This document shows positions 15,001 to 28,281 of a stretch of 64,000 nucleotides of DNA, in pieces. The DNA is from Botryllus schlosseri (lineage: Eukaryota). The notes under the pieces are model-generated. The model saw nothing but the letters and a program-made list of their open reading frames with translations. It did not search any database and was not told the DNA's origin. The stretch lies in contig CM119381.1 in assembly GCA_051294905.1 (NCBI GenBank), positions 14,198,001 through 14,262,000 on the forward strand, in the 5' to 3' direction. Each line of letters begins with the position of its first letter. The stretch's first letter is position 1. The position numbers and the translations under genes were made by a program.

Positions 15001-18000
15001 TATACAATCTCCAAACGTTATACAGTGTGCGAAGTCTGAGAATCTAATGTCCCTAGCAACACGATACACAAAGGGTGAGTTGTGAATATAGATTGACTCA
15101 AAATATCAATTCCTTCCACAATCAAAGATTTTCCTATAACGAAATTATTGGAGAAAAATCCCACACTTTTGATTACATCAAGACCACGCTGCTATATCTC
15201 ATCAGATAGCGGAACGCGACAAATAACCGGTTAGATAGAGTTTCAGCATACGCAAAGTATGCAACCATCCATATCTCAGGGACAGAATATCCGAAACATG
15301 TAAACAAATGCAGGAGCATAAGTAGGCAGTGTCTGTACTCGCAAAGAGCCACATCAGACCTTACAAGTATTAACACTAAGTAGGTTACTGCACTAACATT
15401 TTCAAGTGGATCGAAGATACCCTGGAGGCTTAAGTCAAGACAGTGACATTCTCATAGTTACAAAAAAGTGGGTGAAAATCGAAATATTTTTACACTTTGA
15501 TTTCCAGCCACGTTACGATTGACATCATTACGAGGGGGGGGGGAGATACAGAGAGAATTTATTATGGTGTCAACATTTAATCACAGCACATTTATATAAT
15601 CACTTTACCAACATCAAAATTGCTGACGCAGATGTCAGGTTTTGGATCGTCAAAACAAGAGAAAGGCCATGTATCAACAACATTCATGATCCAATTTTGG
15701 TTGGTATCACAACTCTTATTTTGATATCAGAGCGACAGAACAGGATATAAAAGAGATGTTACGTAGGCAAACCCCGGCTTAGGAATGAAAAAAGTTTCCA
15801 TCACATATCCTCATCAATGCAATCATAATAAATTTTAGGCAGTTCCAAGCCCGCATGCAGGCGCGGACGCTATTCGTTGTTCAGCCATTCATTTCTAGTC
15901 ACAACAAAATTAAAAATTCATGGAGGTGTAAGGAATCAGCGTAGTAAAGGCTTTCAGATCACGTAGAACAGTTTTCCCCCTAATTGACTTTGTGATGAAA
16001 ACAAGCTCCATCTATTCATCAACAGAGCTTCTTCCGTATCGTCGAATCAAAGTAGCTTACGTCCATTTTTAAAATATTGAGAAAATCAAGTTATTGTAAA
16101 AGTTTCTTTTTTTGCCATGGTTTGGTTATGTTAGGTTTGTCACATTGTTTCAATGTTAACCAGGGCCAGGACACGGGCATAAGCTACTCTGATAGTACAG
16201 CGACAACATGAGGGCGATCTCAGGTGTGAAGCAATGGAGAACTACACACAGAACAGAATGTCAAAATAAAACAGGGATTCCTGCATACAGCTGTCGACCA
16301 CCAAAATTGTGCTAATACTAAGGTCTAAATCATCAGCATATTTTGTGCCCCTACTAAGGTGCATTTTGTCTTTATACATCTCCTCTCCTTATCTTGCCAT
16401 CAAGCAGTACATGGGGCCGGCAGAAAATCACTACATAGATTCGGACCATAACAGAATATGCGTAACAATCACAAGTCAGCCTACCGGTGTGGATATCGGA
16501 CGTGTAACTGGTAATGGTGGAAGTTCTTGCATTGGTCCACTAGGCCTACTCTCTTCCGGCGAAGCATTCGGACTGAACAGCGTCAATGTAACGTGGTTCT
16601 CGGCTGAAACCAAAGCACAATATGATATAGTCGACACATTTATTTTGAGAATTTTTAGGTATGGCATTCAGCACAAAAGGATCAGAGAAACTTGACGTTG
16701 TATTGTCCACACAAACTTGAAATTAACAAAGGGAAAAACATGAAATACGCGCAGCTATCGATACAGTGATCAAGTCACATTACGCAAGGATGCAAATACA
16801 ATTAGAAGCAAATAACACCAGGATACATATATTTTCTAACCATCCAGGAGTAATACATTAATCTGTGACTAATTCTGGTGACACCAACACGATTTTAAAG
16901 CGACTGCAAATTAAAATTTACAACATAGATACCTTTAAAACTTTCCATGATAACCGACACAACAGCCTATCGCTGAGATGACTGCTAAAATACTAGGAAT
17001 GGGGATTCCCAACACTCATTCGCCTTAGCCAGCACCGGCACTACTGCCATCTAGTTTTGCGAGAGACACAAGCGAGAGCCTTTCCACATTTCCTGTTTGC
17101 TAAAGTGACAGTTTTCTCGTATGAATGCGGCTACGTCACAGCATCGAGCAACGAGCAGCCCGTGTCATTCCAAACAACTTCCTTCGCGATTACCAAACTA
17201 TTGAAATCAAACGTGGAAATATATCTGCGACACGCACCACACCAACGGTACGCAATCTCAATTAAAATTTCAAGGAAAAAGAAATGGCGACAGCCATTAT
17301 AAAAGCAGACCCTCCCCTAAATAGTTTACTTTCAAACTGACCTTTGATAAGCTTTACCACTTCAATATGGTTGGATTCGATAACGTTGATCCCGTTTACC
17401 TAGAAAGAAACCACAACTGAGTACTGTGATAACAAAACGACCGATTGACGACAGCACGCCTTTCGAAGGGCAGTCACACTTTTCATTCCGTGTCTTACCT
17501 TGTATATACGATCACCCTGCAGTACACCTGCCATCATAGCAGCGCCATCTGCATAAAAAGTGATATAATTAACATATGATGCGTATTGCAATTGTTACCT
17601 TCGGATAAGTGAACGACTTGATAAGAGCGTAATGCTTTAAACATGAGCGGAATATTATAAACGCATCAACCATAAACATAATTCATAGGCGGGAACACAA
17701 ACTGACAAACTTACGCTCTTTGACTGATTGTACATAAACCGGATTGTCTCCGCTGACCGTTAGTCCGAATCCCTTTTCATCTTTTTTTATCACGACACAA
17801 CGGAGAATAACTGTGCATATAATAAGGAATCAAGAGAATGAATGCGTTAACAGTTCAGGGAACACTCAGCAGCATTATTGGTAACGTTATGATATCATAT
17901 TATTATTCGCAACGAGCATTTGAAAGTAGCAAGCTGAAGTGCTATACCTCGCTGTTCCATTTTTTCCGAAGGCAATTTTGCTTCTTTGATAACAGGACCA

Positions 18001-21000
18001 CCGATGTCCGCTTTTGATATCCTATAAGTAATTCACAATTAAAATATAATGAATTAATCATGCATACTGAAAATTAACCATTAATCAAGGCGGGTACATA
18101 GGAATGTACACTAGGTATATGTATATGTAGGTATAGTAGTGCGATAGTAAGTCAACTCCGTAAATGTAAAACGACCACAAACAATATGAACCTGTATTCT
18201 TTAGGTCCGCCATGCTTGTCCCTTCTGCTGCTCATCCTGTAAAAATAAAGCAAATCTGATTGGTGCCGGAAAGGATAGTCATCATAATAGAGGGTCCTGG
18301 CATCATCATTTTACAAAGGCCCACATGAAAGATAAGTGAGATATTTCCACATTGAGTTCCAAATATTTCGTGGCAGGCCTATCAATAATTCAATGGTGCT
18401 GCTGCCGTGGCATAGGCAAATGAAGGCATCGGCAGAAAGTTCATATTTTGCCGGTTCTGAAACGATCAAATTGACGTCATTGTTCAAATTATAGTACTCT
18501 TTCGTATCGTTTTCACATTCAGTCACTTGGTGAATTGTAACCTTTCAACATCTGAAAGGTTGTGATTGTGATGCAAGTATTTTTATACCATACTTTGGTT
18601 GGAGACAGGAAACCTGACTACACATCTATTACTTGAATTCACATACTTCTAGACGTTTGATGGGTCAAGGCTAATCTTGTGAGTGACATTGAATTTGCTT
18701 CAGGAAGACGATATCAACTTTCATAACCAAATCAATTGAATGGGTTGCTTAATTTTGTCGATGACTCAACAACCTAATTCGATTGGGCATGAATTATTGA
18801 CAATTCATTGTCATCACCATAACACATCTTAGTATAGCACAATTAGGTCCAAGAACATATCAACGAATAAGTGCGCAGCAATACTAAATACACATATTTT
18901 CAATCACATTATGATGTATACCAGTCAAATGTCTTAAATATGAATTGGGAGACATATCAGGGTGCAGACTAAAAAGTTTCAGTGTTCAAACTGGCAGCGA
19001 AAAACATTAAATCTTAGCATGGTATATATATTTAATGACATCAAATGCATGATAATGATGATACTAACAATAAAAAAGCAGATATAGCTCAAATTTAGTC
19101 TTATATATTTTATAGATTGAAAGCACCTAGTAAATGTTAATCATAAAAGGATAGGAAAAAGCTAAGCAGCTAAGCAGCTAAATAAAGTAGATTGATAGCA
19201 CACCTCCTTGACCTACAATGGTACAGAATCAAAAACCATAGTAAACAGAAAAGTAGATATAGAAAGGTGCAAACAAAACAGCCATACTAACATATATGGA
19301 AGAAGAGGGTGTATGATTATACAAAATCAATGTAACAAGTCTGGGTTAGCAAGGCAAGAACTAGTGTGTGGGTGGAGCCCAATTCCTCTGCTGAGTAGCG
19401 ATTCTCTACTCAGCAACCATTTCGTTACTCAAATCACGCCAAAAAGTATACTGACACTCAAATGTGTTCGAATCGGCACTCAAATTTAAGATAACGCCCA
19501 ACCAGACTGAAGTGTTGATTTTCATGGCAGAGCAGCCAACTGTAGGCATTTTAGGCAACACTCGCTGCAGGTTGGCCAAATACCGGAGTTCCGGTACGGT
19601 CGTATTCGATAGGGTGGGGTGGGGGAATTTGAGTGTATTTTCAAGTTCGGGCAGCTGTCATTTTCATAAACTGTCCAGTAAAAAGGTGTTTGGTTGATAT
19701 TTGTTACATTGTATGCTTGAATTTTCAGTTGCAAATCAATTGAAGATTCAATCTGCTCACAGTAAAAAATATTGTGATTTTTATTTTACAAATTAGTATA
19801 CTCAATTTACCCCAATTTTGTGGGAAAATTGAGTATACTGTTCAAATTGCACTTCAAGCCAGCCTTATCCCTATGTTATACCCGAATGACCCATTGTATG
19901 GGCAAACTGAGTATATTTACAGGTTTTTAAAAAAGATACTGGAACAAGATCTGTTACATAGCTGCTTAAACAGAAACTTTTCAGTTAAGGAACAGCTGAA
20001 CGAAATAATTCGATTTCAAATTTTCACCAATTGTTTACATTCATATCAAATTCGAGAATCCCTCTTCTTTCTGAAGTTGCTGCTTTCACTTTGAAATTAC
20101 TTAATTGAATGAAATAGAAAATGTTCTCAACATCAATGTTTGAGGGATAGGAAAATATGCAACTGGCTGCTATATTCAAATCAAACAAAAAATTATGTTC
20201 GAATGTTTCACCGCCTCCCATCATATTTCCTACCTGCCCCAGAAACTTTATTTGTCTGTATTGTATAACCAGCCAGACCAGCTCCTTCATATCCTCTTTC
20301 TGAACAGCCTGAAGTGTTTCAACTCCCCTAAGTCCATCTCAGAACTGTATTTTGAGTGGCTACTTCCTGCTCATCATGGTCACTGACCACAGCTTCATTG
20401 CAGTTTTGACCTCTTGCATTTAAGCTTTCATACATTCTCTTCATCTTAAAGTCTGGCCATGCTTTCTTCTGATGTCAGCACCTCACCAGTTATGACCAGA
20501 ACAAATGAACATGCCTCCTTTTGGCATAACTATGTCATTTCTGGTTTCTCTTTTCATTACTTGAGAGACTACTGTAGTAATAGCCTGAGTCAAACTTTTC
20601 ATTTCGTCACTTCAACTGATTCTTGCTGTTGGGGCTACCATTTTCTGTGTTGCTCTAGTTAGCTTTCTTAGGAGTGTTTCATAGAGATTCTTTCCAGACT
20701 CTATTATAACAGCTCTTTCCTGTCTTACCATACTTTCTTTGACAGCCTGATCCAATTCCTGTGGTACATATTTAGGGGTTCGCTTCTTCTTATATTACCT
20801 GATCATGTCTGTTACTGTTTTAACTCTCTAATTATGTAACAAAATCAACATAACAAGATTCAAAAGAGTATGTACAATAGGGCTGTTCAAAAATAATCTT
20901 TTTTCCTGAATTTTGCTGGTTACTTGATTAAATCGTTAGGTTGCCTTGAAAAACGACGCACACCAAATTTGAATTCATTCCAACCAATATTCGCGGATTT

Positions 21001-24000
21001 CGTAGAGTTTGAAAATTTTGAATTTGCCTGGAAATAAGAAAATAAAAAAAATTTTCAAATTTTTATGCCAACCACATGAAATTGTTGCGCTGTCTTCAAA
21101 AACGATGCAAAACAAATTTGACTCAATTCGAAGCCGTAGAAGTGGAGTTATTTCAGTTTTTCTTTGATAATTCTGGGATTATCCTTGATTGGTGGATCAT
21201 CCCAGAATGATCATCAAAAAACTTGAATAACTCCGCTTCTGCAGCTTGGAATTGAGTCAAATTTGTTTTCCATCATTTTTGAAGACAGCGCAACAATTTC
21301 ATAAGATTGGAAGGAAAATTTGAAAAAAAATTTTTTTTGCATTTTTAGGCAAATTCAAAATTTTCAAACTCTGCGAAATCCGCGAATATTGGTTGGAATG
21401 AATTCAGATTTGGTGTGCGTCGTTTTTCAAGGCAACCTAACGATTTAATCCAGTAACCTGCAAGATTCAGGAAAAAAGGTTATTTTTGAACAGCCCTAAT
21501 GTACAACCTCTCTGATGATGGTGCAACAAAGAAAGTCCTCGTTCAATAGTGTACTCAATTTACCCCATACCAAATTTATACTATACCCAAATTACCCCAA
21601 AAAAATATTCTTCAAATTAAAACTTACTCTTACCACCATTGACAAAATGCATTATCATACCTTGTAGTATGATCAACTATCACAAACTTGAGCAATATTT
21701 AGATATGCAACGACAATTTTTATGCTGTCTGCAAGGAAGTTGAAAAATGGTGTAAAAAATGAAAAAAAAAATTCTAAACTTTCAATTCCACATGGAAGCT
21801 ATAATCTGCCTTTGATAAGAATGGTTATTAGTCTCATCTAGAGCTGACATAGTGAGCTAATGAATAAATGCAGAACTGATGAATTTGAAGCTGATATGTT
21901 TAGAAAGCAAAAGTTTTAGTCGAATGTACTCAAATTCCCCCACCTACTCAAGTTCCCCCACCCTACCCTAGTGAAATAGTCTTATTGCGTTCCACTGAAT
22001 GAATGAAATCAGTGGTGCCTGTACCAGTTCGACTTATTGTGCGGCATCTTCGGTTTATCGGAATGGTAACTTCTGCTGTGTGAATTCGTTAGCGTCAAGT
22101 TTATGTTGAATGAATGAGTGAGATGGCGCTCGGGTGGATTTTGTTGCATATAATTTTTTTTGTACAAAAGTCATGTCAACTGCCTTCGGAAATTTATAGA
22201 TACAGAAATGGCGACAAAGGGCGATCGTCAAGCCAAACTGACACATTTTGTGCCGCTGCTAGCTATTGAATTTAACGCTGCCAGTATTTAACGATTGCTC
22301 CCCCGACAATTACAATTAAATTTAGTCGGCAAAACATCCAAGTGAAGAGAATAGGCTGCATTTGGGTCGAATATGATTGAATTTTGTAGTTCTGAAATAA
22401 CAGTGATCTATTTTATTTGTTAGCATGGAATATAATTTAGTAATATCGAGTCAATGTTAAATATTTTTGGAGAATGTTAAATGTCAATCAAAATCCTGTG
22501 CTGGGGTTCGAATTACCTTGGAGAAGTAGCCATAACTTAATGCCGATCGAAGACAGGTGCAACTATATGTACAGAAAATTTGTTGAGTCAAACAAATAAG
22601 CTGACCGATGCGAAGACACGCTATATATTGGATTATTGGATTGAGAGGTCTGCAAGGTACAACATTTGGTCGTTTGCTGCCTAAAAAAACACAACTAATG
22701 GCATCTATTTGGAATGCGCTAAAATACAATGACAGACACTGCGTAAATTTTCAGGAATTTCATAACAAGACTAGCTATTTTCAATATAGATCAGTCCTTC
22801 TTGAACTTTTCAACGCCCGTACCGCTTGAGCTTTCAGTAAAATTTCTCGCACCCCCTTTCTATTTCAAACGCAACTTCTGATGGTAGGCTACCTATTTTA
22901 AAATTATATCGACCGTTGACATGAGGTCGTGCGTGCATCGAAAATAATTTTGGATTTAAGTAAAATCTAACCATATTCCATTTTTTGGTGGCTCGTAAAA
23001 TAATTTTGGCTTCGTGATTCGGACCCCTGGTTAGGAACCTATGCTACATATAGACATAACCAAGCAACTTAAAAATCCAAACACACATTTATATATATAT
23101 ATATTGTATTACATGAATTGTAAAATTTGGACGAAGAAATGCTGGACATGGTCCTTAGCATCAACGATAGCAGATAGTTTGATTTGCGATTGCAATTACG
23201 ACTGTAGAGCGAGACATACGAGTACAAGACTATGCATCATGATTAGGGTAAAGGTGTTGTCGATATGACATACTATTATTGATGTCAAATTGAGACATCA
23301 TGGCTTGGGACTATTTCATGCATAGTGCATAGGAGCAGGTGCTGTTAACACTTTATTTTTATATTTCCTGGTTTACTTACGAATTGATACCTACGTGTTT
23401 CCCTGGAATACTTTATTATCAGGCCGATATGTAGTAGTCCCATGCATTATATCACGAATCATAGCTCTATTCTAGCAACACCTTTATTTGCAGACGATGG
23501 AATTCGCAAAAATACGGTAATATACCGATTGAAAGCCCACAGTTATAAAGAGCCAAAACTGGCTCCTACGACGATAGAGTCGGCCTATTTCTCCCTTTGT
23601 TTTAGTTGTGACGCGGCATTGTCGTATATGAAAAGATCCTTTTCAACATTTTGTCTAAAGGGATTAGGCCTACTGATATGAAAGTATTTCTTACTGAAAA
23701 TCTCAACTTTTATTAGAAAGATGCTGGAGTGGATAATGCAAGACTTTTTCTATTAACTTACAATTACTCCGAGAGTCGGATGAAACGGATGTGGCCCGCG
23801 GGCCGTACTTTTGACACAAGTGCAAGATAGAAAGAAGTCGAAGCCACACGGTAGTTTAGGAACTTTATTGAACAAACACCGATATCTCTGAACAGAACTT
23901 CTGTGTTTTCCCTGGACCCGCAATTCATCCCCATTCCCGACTCTGTTTAGGATCAAGTTTCGACATAGCAAGGAGGAACATGGTTTGTACATATGCATAA

Positions 24001-25032
24001 TTTATTTCTGCATATATGATATGATGTTCAAGTTGGATAACAATAATGAAGTGAAGGGGTGCCGTACCATACGGGGATATAGCAAAACCTGGAGATTCCT
24101 GCGTTGGCCTATACCCTAACAATACCAACATTAGTCACTCACCGACCAGAGTGGAATCGGTGGCAACGGCACGCGCAACGTCACGCGAGCATTTACATCT
24201 GATCACGCCGATTACCATGAGTTATACTGACGTCACAAAGCGATACCAGAGTCCAGATCCTGAATAAGGCGCTTGCGCTTTACAATGAACGCAAGCAAGC
24301 GTGGAATTTGCGCAACAGCGAATATACGGTGCATCCAAGTATCCCTAGTCCGGCGTATACCAGGTCTGTTTTAGCACATTGTGTCGTTTAATAAGTAATT
24401 CAGTATCAAATCAGAGCGAAAAATATTTCCGTCACGCGGATGAAATTTTCCAATCACGCGAGAAATCCATCTGTCACGCACAACATGTTGTCGAAAACAA
24501 CCACCGATTCCAGTCTGGCTCATCGACACCTCCCTACTAGTAAGATGTGAACATAGTGAACAAGCCACATCAATTGACGGTCACAGGGTGGTGAGCGGAT
24601 CAGTGGTCATAGGAGTATAGATCACATCTCAACATTGTGTTATTTGTTTTTTGTTTACTTTGAAGTGTCCCTTGGATTACAGGCCTTTTTAATTCTTTGT
24701 TTCTGTCATTTATTCACCAATGTCGTATAATTTTGTGATAGCAATTGATTGATCGATTGAGATAGTAATAATAGTAGCAACCTACTCGTTAAAAATGAGC
24801 CCAATCAGCCTGAGCCTAACAGACTGAATGAAAAAGATAAAATATCAACAATCAATGTTTGTATGCATTTTGTATATGAAATATTTCATTGTATGGATAC
24901 TGTATGTTTGAATGATGTTCTAATGCCAGCATAAACCAATTCATTGTATTGATACCAACAAACACTTTTGCAAGTCGATGTGATATCCTACCTTTCGTGA
25001 TGGCTTGTTCCGGTTCCGGAATGATTATCCAT
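1..25032 (-). CDS. ARHGEF12: PDZ- and RH(RGS-like)-domain RhoGEF, ARHGEF11/ARHGEF12 (PDZ-RhoGEF/LARG) co-orthologue; 3' part (DH/PH) lies beyond window start
   Basis: Phase-consistent GT-AG exons (minus): 24992-25032 (candidate first coding exon MDNHSGTGTSHHER, lower confidence), 18192-18236, 17948-18021, 17715-17810, 17499-17548, 17342-17399, 16485-16603, 14648-14722, 13327-13431, 8492-8566, 7059-7166, 6890-6991, 6786-6828, 6075-6157, 5827-6017, 5093-5198, 4524-4644, 4277-4448, 3375-3443, 2799-2861, 1-44. PDZ: CVVIKKDEKGFGLTVSGDNPVYVQSVKEHGAAMMAGVLQGDRIYKVNGINVIESNHIEVVKLIK; coiled coil IKKMLESEKEEVERIKEEY; RH: GPFLDFNQLKTKHAHAAVFLNYVFHSHDPSHL...SQLEQYCSTRDKGL. Assignment to ARHGEF12 versus ARHGEF11 cannot be resolved from the sequence. 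Confidence 0.9.
1172..2535. mobile_element. Non-autonomous hAT element (1364 bp) in RhoGEF intron
   Basis: TIR CAGTGGTTCCCAAC (1172-1185) / GTTGGGAACCACTG (2522-2535); perfect 8-bp TSD GTCTACAG at 1164-1171 and 2536-2543; ATCGCCCCC subterminal repeats at 2395-2515; no transposase ORF. Confidence 0.9.
4679..4880. mobile_element. Degenerate fragment of the CAGAGGTGGTCA hAT-MITE family
   Basis: Starts CAGAGGTGGTC followed by CTACTT/AGTAG-rich repeats, as in the full copy at 36680-37904. Confidence 0.55.
10184..10522 (-). CDS. Candidate alternative first coding exon of the RhoGEF (113 codons)
   Basis: ATG at 10522 with an in-frame TAA 4 codons upstream; open for 113 codons (MAFDKFRVRPKSMAD...RKGSRRYPARSVSFSDK...KAIRK); ends at AAG|GTTTGT in phase 0, matching the phase-0 acceptor of exon 8492-8566. 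Confidence 0.55.
19612..21968 (-). mobile_element. pogo/Tigger-like (Tc1-mariner superfamily) internally deleted DNA transposon
   Basis: TIR GGGTGGGGTGGGGGAATTTGAGT / ACTCAAGTTCCCCCACCCTACCC with TA TSD (19610-11, 21969-70). Decayed minus-strand coding remnant from ATG 20806: MIR*YKKKRTPKYVPQELDQAVKE (HTH_psq-like), VITGEVLTSEESMARL*DEENV, and WLVIQYRQIKFLGQV...IFSYPSNIDV; no DDE core seen. Confidence 0.8.
20878..21498. mobile_element. Fold-back (fully palindromic) hAT-type MITE, 621 bp, nested in the pogo-like element
   Basis: Ends TAGGGCTGTTCAAAAATAA / TTATTTTTGAACAGCCCTA; inverted arms of about 300 bp meet near 21185-21193; 8-bp TSD ATGTACAA at 20870-20877 and 21499-21506. Confidence 0.9.
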
Positions 25033-25807
25033 AATATCTCTTTGAAATGAAACAACTTTGGTCAAGACAAAAGTTCAAAATCTAGTTTCGCCATCGTATC
25101 CACATGTCGTCAAGTTTTACTGATCACCATTACTAAGAATACAAGAAAAATCTGAGAATTCGAGAAAGATTACGCAAGTTCGGATCAGCGGAGGGATGAT
25201 AGCTGGCTAGCAAGAGCCTGCTATCCATCAGAAATTCTTCGATCTTGGCGTCACTCCGAAACCGGATTAACCCGGATATTGCTACGGAATACGGATATTT
25301 TGTGATTTCTGATCGGCATCTGTAAGATCTTGAAAAATGCGAAGGCACCGGCATCATGTTTATTTATTGATGTTTTCTGAATAAATGTTTCAGCTTAGTG
25401 ACTTTGAGAGGCTGCATAGATACTTGTTGATGACTTGGCAGGGATAGTTGGCGCAGTGGTGACATCCACCTCCAGCCAACAAAATAATATGCCAACAAGG
25501 TTTGAATCTCATCAATAACCAAACCATCGGAGGTTAATCTGAGCACCTCCTCCCTTGTTCCCCTCGTTCTTACGGTGTCAAAAAAGCCCTGAGCAATACC
25601 AGATTAACGGCATATAGTATGAATCGAACGAAATGCAAGAAAGAGCGTCTAAAAAGACAACCGAAAGATAAAATCTAATACCGTTACCGGAAACGCTGTT
25701 ATATCGGGCACAAGGCTGGCCGAGGTGGGTGCATTAATTGAGTGAATTTCATGACTGCTTTTGCTCAATCAATGAATCGAAAGATTATATTTTCATCTGC
25801 CCAAGAC

Positions 25808-26780
25808 CAATGTTCCCTCTAATTTTTCAAGAGTCTGCGCAAACACGCCAACTCACTGCGCAGGCCCTCGGACAACAGTGCGTATAACCACCCTCCAATA
25901 GGGTGATAAAACTAACTACTGGAGGGCTTCGCCCCCCAGACCCCCCTACGGCTCTAGCCTTCTTCCGGTACTTATCAATCAATTTCAATACTTCATGATT
26001 GCATCGGCCAATATGATCGGGGATTGCATATATATTGCTATCAATTTTTTTCCTCTCCCTGCTCACATAATCAGATTTACCGGTAGAGCTGATCCAGTGA
26101 AGTGTGTTGGAATAGATAGGCCCTCTAAATAATAATAAAACATCTTCGGGCGTACCCGTTGATATAATGACTTCGTTACATGATGCTATTTCGTGACCCC
26201 CTATCTGCTATGTCAAAAGATATTGAAATCGCCAAAACGTACTAAAGTAAAAGACGTACACGATTTCAAATTGGTATTTCTTAACTGGAAATAATGTTCC
26301 CTCGATATGGCATTTGTCTTGTTGTGGGACTCGGATTGCCAGGACAGGAACATTCGGCGCCAGCCATTTAGGCGCCCATCATGGACATGGACAATTACAC
26401 ATATATTTGTATATATCGAAGTTTTCGGTCAGCACCGGGGCAGTCTTTTTCGCCCAAGGTTTTCTCGCTGCTGATCGTTCTGGCGCACTTCTTGGATTCG
26501 CATGTTACATAGCCTTTAACTTCATATGTCTTGGCGCGTCATGGTGCGGTAATGGCTGACGCCCAACTGCCCATTTCTATAAATCATGCCTAATTTTTGT
26601 TGGGAAAGGGTACCCAATAATCAGATATCTGACATTAATAAAACGCGCGTAGCGCGAAAAAAATTCCTGGAAAATTTCAAAAAATACACCATGATGTATG
26701 TTAATTCTCGAAATAATTTTGGACCCCCTTCGAGCTCGGCCCCTCCAATTGGGGGGTTTGGGGTGCGAAAGTTACGGTCC
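25808..26780. mobile_element. Truncated hAT-like element sharing a ~0.8-0.9 kb internal segment with the 1172-2535 element
   Basis: Left end CAATGTTCCCTCTAA (same TIR type as 36424); 25995-26780 aligns by eye with ~1445-2367 (e.g. GCATATATATTGCTATCAAT, ...GTTACGGTCC); no right TIR or TSD found. Confidence 0.7.
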
Positions 26781-28281
26781 TGAGTAAATCTTACCACTAC
26801 GCTATTTCCCCTTCTGGGGCTTTTCTTTGTTAGTACGCCGTAAGAGCGACGCAAGGGTCGAGGTACACAGAGAAATATCTGACCTTTCGAAACAGCCCGA
26901 CACTCGAATCACAACCTCTCGCGAACTCCCCCATTCGTGATATTTCCAACATATTAGACACATCAGTACTAAGGTATCACAGCGGTATCGTCACTCAAAT
27001 GCCTGTTCGAAACCCAAAGCATGGATTTCATCGGTAAGCAACCAAATAATTGGGCATTGGTCGTAAATTCAACAGTGCAGAGGCCCCAATAGAACTTGGT
27101 CATTTCTAGCTTCCTTGTGTCACCAATCTTGCTCAGTAGCGAATTGTTGGTCGCAAATTACGCTAGCAAAATTACGAAGTTGTAGATAGGACACGGAGCT
27201 GTCCACAGACTGCAAGGGAATTTTAAGGGTTTTTGATATCCATCTCTATCCCTATACAGTGAAAGGAATACGAGCAGTCAGTAGTGGTATTTCATCCTGC
27301 CTGTCACCTCCATGCAACCTCAATTTCAGTCCTCGATCGCAATCACAACTCTGACTAGTGGTTGTGACTACACAGCTAATCGGACAGGCGCAAACATGAT
27401 AGCTCAAGTTGAATATTTTCCACATTAATTCTATATTTTCCTGCTAGCAGACTGGGTCTCATATGCATGAAAGTATTTCATCAGTCAAAATTGTCATGAT
27501 GGCGTTTGAGCCAAGCATGAACCGGTCATTCACACAGTGAATAGCTGTAGAATTGTCAGAGTGTTATATAGAATTCAATTTCATTTAGCTTTGTGCTATT
27601 TGCTAATTATTTGATGAATGATGACATAGCAAGTAGTGGGGCGAAATGTTTCAGTCTGCCCTGAAATTACTAATTCACCATGAACTATAAGCAATTGAGC
27701 ATAGTTGCATATCTTTCAACGATAAGGTACCTTATTTCTATGCCTATGGTGCACGAAACTTCAATCCCACAAGAATGTTTAGAACTGAACAATATCATAA
27801 GATGCAAAATGACATTCTTATTCAACAAGGAGTAGCAATGAATACTGGCTGGGATACTACCATTCCAGATTACAACCAACTGTGAACAAGACTTCTGCAT
27901 GATTGTGCATAGTAAGTAAAGCTGTAACACTAGCTAATACAAGTTCAATGAGAAATCATTTCATCATAAAAATTCTCACGAAACCTGGAAATCCAGCTAT
28001 TGTTGTGGGTCATTCACGCATGAAAACATATGCCAGGTATTAGTTCCAATGCCTAATCAATAACACAATATAGAAGCGGCTAAATCAGATACAGAAACAA
28101 ACCAGGAATAAGATATTAATATGGCGTACAATGATCCCAGCCTTCTGTCACATTAAATAAATCTCACAAACAAGAAATACATGAACGTAAGTACATCACA
28201 ATTCAACATCAAATACACATCAACGCTTCAGCGCGGGCAGTATGAAGAATGAACACACTTAATATGGGGGCACAAGTCTTA

